A DNA stretch of 64,000 bases from a virus: positions 30,300 through 94,299 of IMG/VR virus record IMGVR_UViG_3300036766_000876. The stretch is one strand, 5' to 3'. The notes beneath the pieces are model-generated. The model did not search any database and had not been told where the DNA came from. It saw nothing but the letters and a program-made list of their open reading frames with translations. How positions within the stretch are numbered: position 1 is the stretch's first letter; the number at the start of each line of letters is the position of its first letter. The translations under genes were made by a program, and so were the position numbers. Below, one piece after another: positions 27,173 to 35,767 of this stretch.

Positions 27173-27507
27173 GCCCGCCCGTCGTCTCCCCTTCAGACGA
27201 CCCGCGCTGGGCGCTCTCCACGTCGCCCATCAGGAGCGACCGTTGGGAGCGCCGCCTGGCGGTGGGGGACCTCTCCTGCCACCTCCGCTGCGAGCGCGTC
27301 TTCAAGATGAAGGGGCGCTGGGGAGCGCGTGTCGGAAGGGGCAAGGACGTCTGGATGTGGGAGCTCATCCGCACCGCCTGGAGCATCTCCGCCGGCAGTG
27401 CGGTGTCCCTCGTCCAAGCGATGGAAGACGCCAACAGGGCCTTCGACGCAGCGGAGGCAGCCTTCCGGTTCAGTGGGCGGACGCCGGACTACCTCGACCA
27501 GGACTAG
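27169..27507 (+). CDS. hypothetical protein
   Basis: GTGA-coupled to the resolvase-like gene; converges on the spanin stop. Confidence 0.55.
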   Translation: MSPPVVSPSDDPRWALSTSPIRSDRWERRLAVGDLSCHLRCERVFKMKGRWGARVGRGKDVWMWELIRTAWSISAGSAVSLVQAMEDANRAFDAAEAAFRFSGRTPDYLDQD

Positions 27508-27839
27508 CTCCCGGCGTCGAGGCTCCCAGCGTCCCGGGGGCCGCAGCGAATCCAGGCCTCGTCCTGCCAGCGCCGGGAGGCCTCCAGGGAGCCCGCGAGG
27601 CGCGCCCCAGGGCCAGGCAGCAGGCAGCCGGCGAAAACAGCAGGGCAGCCCGTCTCCGGCCCCTCAACGGGCACGGGGAGGATGGCCGGCGGGGGCTCCT
27701 TCAGGCACTCCCGGGCGACCTCGACCCGGACCGGCTCAGGGCACGGTCGGGCCGCCGAGCAGCCGGCGGAGGCGATCGCGCACAGCAGCAGGGTCCGCAC
27801 AGGCAGCGACGTCCTTCTCCAGAATCTCAATCTCGGCAT
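27504..27839 (-). CDS. o-spanin (Rz1-like lipoprotein)
   Basis: Lipobox-like ASAGC, Pro-rich, overlaps the i-spanin in another frame. Confidence 0.7.
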   Translation of the reverse strand: MPRLRFWRRTSLPVRTLLLCAIASAGCSAARPCPEPVRVEVARECLKEPPPAILPVPVEGPETGCPAVFAGCLLPGPGARLAGSLEASRRWQDEAWIRCGPRDAGSLDAGS

Positions 27840-28056
27840 GAAGCCTCCTCACGACGTCTTCCAGGCGAGCGCTGTCGTCCTTCCGGGCCGCCTCGGAGAG
27901 CTGAAGCCCTGTGGCATTGGCGTCCGCGTCGCGCCTGGCCTGGACCGTCTCGCCCTTGGATGTGGCGAGCTCCGCCTGGATGCCGCGGAGGCGCACCCAC
28001 ATGACGAGGGTCGCCACTGCGCCGGCCAAGCCGGTCGCGAGAAGGGCCCAGCTCAA
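27736..28056 (-). CDS. i-spanin (Rz-like)
   Basis: N-terminal TM (WALLATGLAGAVATLVMWV) followed by coiled coil; TTG start overlaps the upstream stop. Confidence 0.7.
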   Translation of the reverse strand: MSWALLATGLAGAVATLVMWVRLRGIQAELATSKGETVQARRDADANATGLQLSEAARKDDSARLEDVVRRLHAEIEILEKDVAACADPAAVRDRLRRLLGGPTVP

Positions 28057-28652
28057 GGCGCCGCGGGGGCCGGAGCGCTTGGGGCCGCGGGCGGGGACTT
28101 CCGCGCCTGGAACCACTCCAGGATGTCCTTGCCCATCTCCCACAGGGCCGCGCCCGTCACCGCCACGGTCAGGATGGGCTTCACCAGCGTCCAGTTGACC
28201 GGCTCCCCGGCCATCAGGGCAGTACCGCAGCCGCCGGCCACGGCCGTCGCGATGTTGAGGAGCCAGCCGCCCGGCTTGGTGTCGAAGACGAACCAGAAGG
28301 GCTTGTCCCACAGGGAAGCGTCCGGGATGAGCTCGTGCAGCTTCTTCCCGTAGGTGCGGAGCAGGCTCACCACCAGGACGAGCAGGGCAGAGGCCGCCGC
28401 CCACCAGTTGCCGCTCTTGACGCTGGTGAAGACGAGCTTGACGAAGCTGACCGGGTTCTCCAGGGAGGGGGCTGCTGCGGCCGCGCCAGGGACGGCCAGC
28501 GGGTCCGCCGGCAGGACGACGACGGTGCCTGGCTCCGCCAGGGACAGGTCCCCAGGGCTGGCCGTCGGGGCGGGGGCCGGCATCGGCTGGGCGAACGCGA
28601 AGGGCGAGAGGCCCGCCACGAGGACTGCTGCGAGGATGAGGGCGGTCTTCAT
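28053..28652 (-). CDS. holin-like membrane protein
   Basis: Signal-like N-terminus plus three hydrophobic segments, between endolysin and spanins. Confidence 0.6.
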   Translation of the reverse strand: MKTALILAAVLVAGLSPFAFAQPMPAPAPTASPGDLSLAEPGTVVVLPADPLAVPGAAAAAPSLENPVSFVKLVFTSVKSGNWWAAASALLVLVVSLLRTYGKKLHELIPDASLWDKPFWFVFDTKPGGWLLNIATAVAGGCGTALMAGEPVNWTLVKPILTVAVTGAALWEMGKDILEWFQARKSPPAAPSAPAPAAP

Positions 28653-28663
28653 GGGGCCGGAAG

Positions 28664-29419
28664 CTAGGGGCCCCCGAAGGCACCGTCAAGGATGGCAGGG
28701 AGGAGCTGGTCCAGCCAGCGCGAGCCTGGGTCCTCCTTGCGGCCCTGGTCGAACATGACGTGCCCGTACCTGCACACGTCGCGAATCAGGCCGTACTTGA
28801 GGTGGAGGGCCTGGACGAGGCGCCCCGCGGCCTGCTGCTGGTCAGCCGGGAAGTCGTCGAAGAAGGCATCCCCCACCTTGATGGCCCTGGAGGCGTCGAG
28901 CTCCAGGCGAGGGTCCGGCAGGCGCAGGGCCACGACAGCGGTGGGGTTGCTGTAGAACGGCCAGCAGTAGAACTTCCCTGCCACCTGGACGAGGCGCCCC
29001 GCGTTCTCCAGCTCCACGCCCACCGTCACCTTGTTGACGTTCGCCACCAGGCGGCCGCCTGCCCACGCGGTGGCGTCCCACTTCCCGTCCGGGCCGACTG
29101 TCGGGGGAGCCCCGATGCGGCCAGGTCGTCCGACGTGCCAGGAGCCCTTGGTGAAGGGGATGGACTGGAAGACGCGCCCGTCGCGGGCGATGAGGACGTG
29201 CCAGCTCGCTGCCCGGTCCTTCGCCTTGTCGTACTCCCGAATCTCATTCACCGTCGCCACGGCGAACTCCGGGGAGCGACAGCGACCACCCGTCCAGTGC
29301 CAGACGATGCCCGCCGGCCCCTGCCCGTCGAGCTGGGTGACGCGGGTGGAGGGGACCTTGATGACGGGCGGGAGGCCCTCCGCCGCTGCCTGTAGCCAGC
29401 CTGCGGAATCGACCATCAC
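28664..29419 (-). CDS. endolysin, N-acetylmuramoyl-L-alanine amidase (Amidase_2)
   Basis: IVWHWTG, ASWHVLI, SWHVG, GVELEN, GH...RKEDPG. Confidence 0.88.
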   Translation of the reverse strand: MMVDSAGWLQAAAEGLPPVIKVPSTRVTQLDGQGPAGIVWHWTGGRCRSPEFAVATVNEIREYDKAKDRAASWHVLIARDGRVFQSIPFTKGSWHVGRPGRIGAPPTVGPDGKWDATAWAGGRLVANVNKVTVGVELENAGRLVQVAGKFYCWPFYSNPTAVVALRLPDPRLELDASRAIKVGDAFFDDFPADQQQAAGRLVQALHLKYGLIRDVCRYGHVMFDQGRKEDPGSRWLDQLLPAILDGAFGGP

Positions 29420-29799
29420 GGGAGGGTGGCCGCCGCCTCAAGCCGGAACGGGGAGAGGGGCACCACCGCGTTCCGCACCCCGCCCACTTCGTGCCAGACG
29501 TCGTAGACGTACTGGCCGGCCGCGAAGCGCTTGGTGTCCGCCGGAAGGACCGCAAAGGAAGCCGCCCCAGCGGCCAGCGTGGCCGTCTTGACGAACACCT
29601 TTTGGGCGTCCTCCGGCTTCTTCTTCAGCGTCCAGGTGAGGGTGCCGGCCGGGGCATTCTGCCCGCTGGGGAGCACCACCCTGAGCCGGAGCGTGACGTT
29701 GCTCCCAATGGGGAAGGAGAGCGCCAGGCGCGGGTTCTCCGGCACCCCGCTGGAGCGGGGACCACCGTCCTCCAGTACTCCAACGAGGTCGATGACCAT
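29416..29799 (-). CDS. small beta-sandwich virion protein (BppU-like)
   Basis: LPADTK...GQYVYDVW pattern. Confidence 0.5.
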   Translation of the reverse strand: MVIDLVGVLEDGGPRSSGVPENPRLALSFPIGSNVTLRLRVVLPSGQNAPAGTLTWTLKKKPEDAQKVFVKTATLAAGAASFAVLPADTKRFAAGQYVYDVWHEVGGVRNAVVPLSPFRLEAAATLP

Positions 29800-29803
29800 G
29801 GGG

Positions 29804-31261
29804 CTACTCGAAGAAGATGGAGCCGTAGGTGTTGGTGACGAGCTTGGGGCTGGCCGCCCGCATGGTGGCGTAGTCGGAGGCAGTGCCGTCGAGGCTGACT
29901 TCGGTTGTGCCTGTGAACGTGGTGCTCGTATCAACCCGCGCCTTAGCTCCAAACGAGAGCTTGAGGGCAGTCGTGTTGCCTGTCCCAATTACGGCTCGCA
30001 GCCAGAGCGCGCTCGTCCCTTCCAACTGGATACCAATCGCGTTGGCCGACACGTTGACGCCTGAGAACTGCGCGGAGGCGTATGGGAATCCCGGGCTGTT
30101 GATTGTCGATGTCCAGCCAACGGTGGTGCAGTTTCTAATGGTGTTCTGGAGGAACTGTAGATTGAAGCTGGAGCCGACAAGCCAGCCCGATGCTGCCCCA
30201 TCGACGATGACACCCTGCGCACTTCCAGCCTGAATCGCCGTGGCGTTGACACCCTGGTTTCCGCCCTTGAGGAGTGTCGAGGACACTGACATCCCTGCGC
30301 TGGCGTCGTTGAGAAGAACGTGGGTCCCGACACCGGTAGGCATGACGCTGGACAGGTTGCGGATGGAGATCAGACCATTGCGCTCTCGCGAGGTAGTGGT
30401 GATTCCATTGGAGCTACCAGCCGCCCCGATGACCTGAACACCCGTCACTTGGAGCCTGGCTAAGCCGCTTGCGAGCCCGATGGGCATTGCAGTGCTCGTC
30501 TCCAGACCGACCTTGAATACAGTGTAGAAGTTGCCCCTGTTGTTGATGAAGGCCAAGCCAGTCCCTGTTGGATAAGAGGTTGCGACGGATGAGAACGACG
30601 TGCCGGGGACCGGGCTGAACGCCTGGTTCACCCGCGTAACGGACTGCTGGATTTCGTAGCCCATGCCAGCGTCGAGGTTTGTCGCCGTTGCCCCCGCCGC
30701 CAAAGTTACCGTCGTCGCGGTGTTGTCGATGATCGGCCACATCGGGACCGTCACCTCGTTGTAGTTAGCCGGGACCTTTGAGACGACAGCAAAAAACTGA
30801 CCAATCAGCCCTCCGTCTGCCCAGTTCTGCGTTGTGTCAGTGATGACTGGCATGGCGGAAGAAGCCTGGGGGAGCACTGATGAAATGAGCCCACTGCCCG
30901 TCCCAGCATCCGGCGGAAACATACCCATCTTGCCCCGTAGTTCGAGGTTCGGAATGCTGGCGTCTGGGTTGACGCTGACAGCCGAGTTGAAGCCGTTGAT
31001 GTAGGCCCCGACAAATCTGGTGATGCCGCCGTCCTCCAGACCAAGGAGCTGGACGGTCTGGTGGTGGTAGAGATTCTTCGGCACCTTGTCGTAGGCGCCC
31101 TGAATCGTCTTGCACGGCCGGTTCGGCTGGAGGCAGTCGAAGCCGTCGCTGCCGCCGGGGCCAACCCAGTAGGTCTGGTCCTTGGTGGTGACAGAGTCGG
31201 GCGGCATCCCGACGAAGGGCTGTGACTGGCCGAGGGCCAGCGCGACGAGGAGGGCGATCAT
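29804..31261 (-). CDS. beta-helix tailspike/adhesin-like protein with signal-peptide-like N-terminus
   Basis: MIALLVALALGQ; YWVGPGGSD..DC...PCKTIQGA; G/S/T/N-rich beta repeats. Confidence 0.6.
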   Translation of the reverse strand: MIALLVALALGQSQPFVGMPPDSVTTKDQTYWVGPGGSDGFDCLQPNRPCKTIQGAYDKVPKNLYHHQTVQLLGLEDGGITRFVGAYINGFNSAVSVNPDASIPNLELRGKMGMFPPDAGTGSGLISSVLPQASSAMPVITDTTQNWADGGLIGQFFAVVSKVPANYNEVTVPMWPIIDNTATTVTLAAGATATNLDAGMGYEIQQSVTRVNQAFSPVPGTSFSSVATSYPTGTGLAFINNRGNFYTVFKVGLETSTAMPIGLASGLARLQVTGVQVIGAAGSSNGITTTSRERNGLISIRNLSSVMPTGVGTHVLLNDASAGMSVSSTLLKGGNQGVNATAIQAGSAQGVIVDGAASGWLVGSSFNLQFLQNTIRNCTTVGWTSTINSPGFPYASAQFSGVNVSANAIGIQLEGTSALWLRAVIGTGNTTALKLSFGAKARVDTSTTFTGTTEVSLDGTASDYATMRAASPKLVTNTYGSIFFE

Positions 31262-31277
31262 GGGTGCTCCGAGGGTA

Positions 31278-33632
31278 CTACGGGTTGGCGGGGTGGATGA
31301 CTTCAGCGAAGCACTGCTTGATGGTGGCCGTCTTCGCCGCGCCAGTGGTGAGCGTGACGTTGATGAACTGCTGGGCGGTGGTGCTGTTGAAGGTGGCCGC
31401 CGTGCCTGCGAGGACGTTGGTGGCGAGGTTGATGAAGCCCGCCGCAGCGGCGCTGTTGATGATGGTGCATTCACCAACGTTGGTGGCCGCCGCTCCGAGG
31501 GTGCGAATCGTCACCTCGATGGTGGCCCGCCACTCAGAGGCTGCGGCGGTGCCGATGGTCGAGGTGAACGTCTGGATGTTGGCGTCCGCCGTCGTACCAG
31601 CAGTGCCGACCTTGACGTTGAAGACGTTGGCCGCGACGCCGACAGCCGCCGCCGAGCCGCAGATGGTCCACTTCAGGGCCGTGCCAATCTGGAATCCCTG
31701 GGGAGGGACCGCGATGAGCGAGCCAGTGATGAGGGTCGCCGTGGCCGCCGCGATTGCCTGGTCCGCGATCGCAGCCGCCGATGTGACTGACGCGTCCATG
31801 CCTCCGTTGGTGGTCCAGTCGAAGTAGGCCCCTCCCTCGACGACAGGGACCGGAGCACCGTTCCCGAGCTGATACCTCAGCCAGTAGTGGGGCTGGCTCA
31901 TCGCCAGGAGCCTGGCTCCCGCATTGTTGACGCCCATGACGCTGACGCCACCAGCGCCCGCGTCGCCGTCGTTGAAGACGTTGTTGCGCGAGGCCAGCGT
32001 TGCCGAAACGATGCTGCCGTTCAGCCGCACGCCTGGCTTGCGGATGCGATTGATGGCCCCGTCGTTGGTGGCAATCCCACCGTTGATCATCATCTGGTTC
32101 GCGATGACGGAGTCGCTGTTGGCGTACTCGATTGCAGCAGGGCCCCAAGTTGTACCGTGCGAGAGCTGGAGCATCGTCATCGAGCCGCAGCAGGTGTTTG
32201 CCGCCGTGCCGCCGCCCAGCTCGATGCACTCCCCGTTGCCAGGCACAGCCTGGACGACGTTGCCGCCGTTGACTGTCGTTGGAGTCAAGACAACGTCTTC
32301 CAGCGCCACCACGCAGCCGGTCAGCGTCACAGAGCCGCCACCGCCCGTGTACCGGACGAGGGTGGGTGCTCCCACTGTCGTGGCCGTCCAGAGGTAGCCG
32401 CTGGTGGGAAGCGTGTTGGCTGCGACAGTCAGATTCTGCGGCGTCGTCGTCAGGACGACTGCGCTCGTCATCAGAATCGGCGTCGTCATAGCGACTGCCG
32501 GGTTGTCGAGCTGGCGCGAGCAGAACTGATTGATGCTGAAGCGGGTGGTGTCCTTCGCCTCTGTCGGCGTGGTGCCGATGTCTGTCCAGATTCCGCAAGC
32601 GAGTGCGTCGATGATGAACAGGTTGTGCAGGTTGAAACCGTGGCACGAGTAGAGCTTGAGCCCGTACAAGGCCTCGTTCTGGTCGCCGTTGCGGCAGTCG
32701 ATGGTGAGGTTCCGCACCGAGACGCCCTTGAGGGACTGGACGCCAGTCGGGTTGAACTCGAAGAAGCCGCCGAACCCTGTGGCTCCGTCCGAGTCAGTGC
32801 CCCACCAAGCGAGACGGGTGCCACCAGCCTTGGTGTAGTCGCCCGAGTCTGTCGTCCAACTGTTGGAGATTCCCTCGATGACGGCAGCCTTGTTGAAGAC
32901 GACGCGGCTGGTGAATCCGTAGGCGTTGGTCGCGCTCTGCCCGAAGAAGATGTGCGTGCCTGGGTACACCGCGTTGTTGACGGTGCTCACCATCAGCGTC
33001 GTCGCAGCCGCGTTGTCGGTGCCGAACGAGGTGCCCTTGTTGGAAACCGTGGTTCCTGCGTTGGCGTTGAGCGTGACGATGCTCGTCGATGTGAAGCTCA
33101 GGATGGTGGTGGTGAGCTGCACCCCGGCAGCTCCAGCCCCCGCCACGGTGATGCGCTTGCCAACGTCGCCAGCCACGAACGGTGCGCTGGTGGCGCAGGT
33201 GAGCGTGGCGAGCCCAGAAGTCATGGCCCCGTCGAACACCGTCGCCAAGTCTCCGACGAAGCCGAAGTCCGCGACGGCATCGTAGAACTGCCCCATCCGC
33301 TTCTTGTCCGTCGTGGACATCAGCCCCTTGAGGCTGGTGGTGGCCTCATCGAGCATCGCCGTCGTCTGTGTCGGCGTCAGGTTTTCTACAGAGCCCGTGC
33401 CTGCCGTTGTACGCCCGTGGATGACCGGGGCAGTGACGTTGACCAGCATCGCGTTGGTGACCGAGTTGGCTGGGGGCGTGCCGTTGAGCAGCGTCACCAC
33501 CGCCGAGCTGTCCTTCGTCGCCGGGTAGCCGCTGACGGAATCGACGAAGAGGACGTGCTCCCCAGCGGCAGGCGTCGCCACAGTCGCGATGACCTTGTCG
33601 GGGAAGGTGATGGTCTGGTTCAGGTCGGCCAT
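31278..33632 (-). CDS. tail fibre/tailspike, pectate-lyase-like beta helix
   Basis: GLMSTTDK, YDAVADFGFVGD, FGTDNAAA; T/A/G-rich. Confidence 0.65.
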   Translation of the reverse strand: MADLNQTITFPDKVIATVATPAAGEHVLFVDSVSGYPATKDSSAVVTLLNGTPPANSVTNAMLVNVTAPVIHGRTTAGTGSVENLTPTQTTAMLDEATTSLKGLMSTTDKKRMGQFYDAVADFGFVGDLATVFDGAMTSGLATLTCATSAPFVAGDVGKRITVAGAGAAGVQLTTTILSFTSTSIVTLNANAGTTVSNKGTSFGTDNAAATTLMVSTVNNAVYPGTHIFFGQSATNAYGFTSRVVFNKAAVIEGISNSWTTDSGDYTKAGGTRLAWWGTDSDGATGFGGFFEFNPTGVQSLKGVSVRNLTIDCRNGDQNEALYGLKLYSCHGFNLHNLFIIDALACGIWTDIGTTPTEAKDTTRFSINQFCSRQLDNPAVAMTTPILMTSAVVLTTTPQNLTVAANTLPTSGYLWTATTVGAPTLVRYTGGGGSVTLTGCVVALEDVVLTPTTVNGGNVVQAVPGNGECIELGGGTAANTCCGSMTMLQLSHGTTWGPAAIEYANSDSVIANQMMINGGIATNDGAINRIRKPGVRLNGSIVSATLASRNNVFNDGDAGAGGVSVMGVNNAGARLLAMSQPHYWLRYQLGNGAPVPVVEGGAYFDWTTNGGMDASVTSAAAIADQAIAAATATLITGSLIAVPPQGFQIGTALKWTICGSAAAVGVAANVFNVKVGTAGTTADANIQTFTSTIGTAAASEWRATIEVTIRTLGAAATNVGECTIINSAAAAGFINLATNVLAGTAATFNSTTAQQFINVTLTTGAAKTATIKQCFAEVIHPANP

Positions 33633-33636
33633 GAGG

Positions 33637-33819
33637 TCACTTCACTCCCACAAGAGCACCCCGGAGGTCGAGGCCCCCCTCCAAGCGGATGCCGAGCTTG
33701 AAGAGGATTTGCTTGTCCACCGGAGTCGAGAACACCGTGGCTGCTGGAATCGTGGTCGGAGGAGTCGTGTCCACAGCCACGGTCCCGCCGGTCGATGGGA
33801 TGACGATGCTCGCGGCCAT
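33637..33819 (-). CDS. small virion-associated protein
   Basis: 60 aa, packed tightly between neighbours. Confidence 0.55.
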   Translation of the reverse strand: MAASIVIPSTGGTVAVDTTPPTTIPAATVFSTPVDKQILFKLGIRLEGGLDLRGALVGVK

Positions 33820-34674
33820 TTAGGTGATCTCCTGCGCCAGGACCGTACTCGACGATGCACCCTCGCGAATGGCGAAGATGTCTCCTGTCGGGACGTGCGG
33901 CTCGTTGAGGATGAGCACCGCTCCAGCGACGAGCTGGAGGCCGGTGGTAGCCGTGACAGCAGCAATCCCGACTCGCACTGTCTTGGTGCCTGTGTTCTGG
34001 ATGAAGGCCGTCTTGCGGCTGGCGTTGGAGGCCAGTACGAGGACTGCGGCAGCCCCAACGGCAGTCTCAGCCCCGTTGGCCAGCGTCCCCGTGGTCGCTG
34101 CCTGGTCGCTGGCGATGACGACGGGCGTGGAGGCCGCCATCGTCTTCTGCCCGAGGGTGTTGATGCGGCCCGTGAAGGTGGCTTCTGCCAACCGGGTCGC
34201 AAGCGTCGCCTCTGTCGCCGCGCCAGTCGGCAGAGGGAGGGCCGCCGCGCTGACCGGCTGCGTGGCCTGGAAGAAGGTGCCGCTGACAGGCTGAGTGACC
34301 GCGCTCCCATCCGTCTTCAGCGCCCCGGTGGCACTGATTGAAGCGACGTTGACACCGCCAGAGTCCACGAGCTTGAAGGGCCACGCATTCGCCACCACAG
34401 CGGGTGTGCCCTGGTCAACCGGCCCGGCGGTGCCCCCGGTGATGAACAGCGGGTTGGTGACGGTCCCGAGGGGGTCAACACCGTCGCTCAGCCGCACCCA
34501 CCAGGGAGCCGTGACGAGCCCGGCAGGCCCCTGCGTGACGGTGCCCCCGCCACCGCCAGAGCCAGAGACGCGGAGCCCGAAGATGCCCCCGCCAAGGTCC
34601 TCAACGGAGGCTGTGAAGCCCGAAACCGGGTCGAAGATGCTGACCGCGTTCGAGCCGCCGTCCATGCCTGGCAT
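33820..34674 (-). CDS. virion structural/fibre-like protein
   Basis: TQPVSG repeats, LPLPTGAATEATL, C-terminal ASRKTAFIQNTG domain. Confidence 0.6.
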   Translation of the reverse strand: MPGMDGGSNAVSIFDPVSGFTASVEDLGGGIFGLRVSGSGGGGGTVTQGPAGLVTAPWWVRLSDGVDPLGTVTNPLFITGGTAGPVDQGTPAVVANAWPFKLVDSGGVNVASISATGALKTDGSAVTQPVSGTFFQATQPVSAAALPLPTGAATEATLATRLAEATFTGRINTLGQKTMAASTPVVIASDQAATTGTLANGAETAVGAAAVLVLASNASRKTAFIQNTGTKTVRVGIAAVTATTGLQLVAGAVLILNEPHVPTGDIFAIREGASSSTVLAQEIT

Positions 34675-34688
34675 GGGCTACCTCCTTG

Positions 34689-34964
34689 TCAGGCGGACTG
34701 CGCTTCTGGCACGAGGCTCAGGGCCGCGCGCTTGATGTTCCCGGTCTGGAGCTCGATGGAGTCCGCCCCGCCGAGCTTGTAGCGCTCCGCCATCTCCTTG
34801 GAGAGCGCCTCCCGAGCGAAGGCGTGCTCCGCCTGGGCCTTCTGGATGCCCTGGAGCGCCATCGTCAGGTTGGTGGCCTCAGCAGCGAGGCGCTGTGCGC
34901 GCTCGCTGTCGTACTTGATGCGCAGAAGGTCAAGCTCGGAGAGTGCTGTGGGCAGGTCGCTCAT
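34689..34964 (-). CDS. small coiled-coil protein (possible fibre chaperone)
   Basis: ATG at 34964; helical. Confidence 0.55.
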   Translation of the reverse strand: MSDLPTALSELDLLRIKYDSERAQRLAAEATNLTMALQGIQKAQAEHAFAREALSKEMAERYKLGGADSIELQTGNIKRAALSLVPEAQSA

Positions 34965-34978
34965 GGTGCAGCTTCGTA

Positions 34979-35194
34979 TCACGGCTCCCGAGAGATGGCC
35001 CAGACGTACACGGCAGCCACCAGAGCCGCGGACAGGGCTCCGGCCGCCATCGGGATGGTCTGCTCGTGCGCTGCGCCCCACACGCAGACAGCGGTGGCGT
35101 TGGCGCAGGCCCAGCCAGAGATCCAGAAGCGGGTCGTCTGCCAGCCGGTGCGGAGCTTCTCCATTGATGGCTTTTGGTAGAAATGGATGGGCAT
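34979..35194 (-). CDS. small two-TM membrane protein
   Basis: Two hydrophobic segments; ATG at 35194. Confidence 0.45.
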   Translation of the reverse strand: MPIHFYQKPSMEKLRTGWQTTRFWISGWACANATAVCVWGAAHEQTIPMAAGALSAALVAAVYVWAISREP

Positions 35195-35198
35195 AGGG

Positions 35199-35486
35199 CT
35201 AGACCGTGGTGGCCATGACTTGAACGAACTTTGAGCCACCGCCAGAGCCCACCCGGCGCACCCACAGCTTGCGGCGCGCGTGCTCGCTCCAATGGATGAC
35301 GGCAGAAGGGCCGGTAGAGTTGAGCCGTGCATGCACGTTCACACCATCGAAGCTGACCTCCAACACCGCGTTCGACTCGTTGAACACGAGCTGCTCCCGT
35401 GACTCGAACTGAAACTCGACCAGCGATCCCGCAGTTGTGAACGCAGTCACCGCCCCCACATCGAATCGCTGGTAGAAGTCAGCCAA
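35199..35486 (-). CDS. small beta protein, paralogue of the upstream gene
   Basis: SFDGVNVH...RKLWVR. Confidence 0.65.
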   Translation of the reverse strand: MADFYQRFDVGAVTAFTTAGSLVEFQFESREQLVFNESNAVLEVSFDGVNVHARLNSTGPSAVIHWSEHARRKLWVRRVGSGGGSKFVQVMATTV

Positions 35487-35493
35487 GCGGCGC

Positions 35494-35755
35494 TCACGCC
35501 AGCGTGAAGGCGGAGATGCGCGCAGTGGAGGCGCCCCCGCTCTGCTTGAACCAGATTTTGGTCCGCTTCGTTGCCAGGGCGAGATTCGGATTCCGCCGCG
35601 ATGACGCGCCCGTGGTCGTTCACCCCATCGAAGCTGAAGAAGAAGCTCCCCGCCTCCGAGCGGAGCAGGAGCGTGTCAGGCTCGAAGGGGAGCGTGACGT
35701 CCGGCGCCGTGGTGTAGGCCGCAGGGGCAACGACAGTCTGGGACTGAGCGGGCAT
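35494..35755 (-). pseudogene. small beta protein with apparent 1-nt frameshift near 35591
   Basis: SFDGVNDH is in the annotated frame; the paralogous tail TKRTKIWFKQSGG...TLA* is in the +1 frame and ends at 35494. Confidence 0.6.
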
Positions 35756-35767
35756 GAGGCTCTCCTA

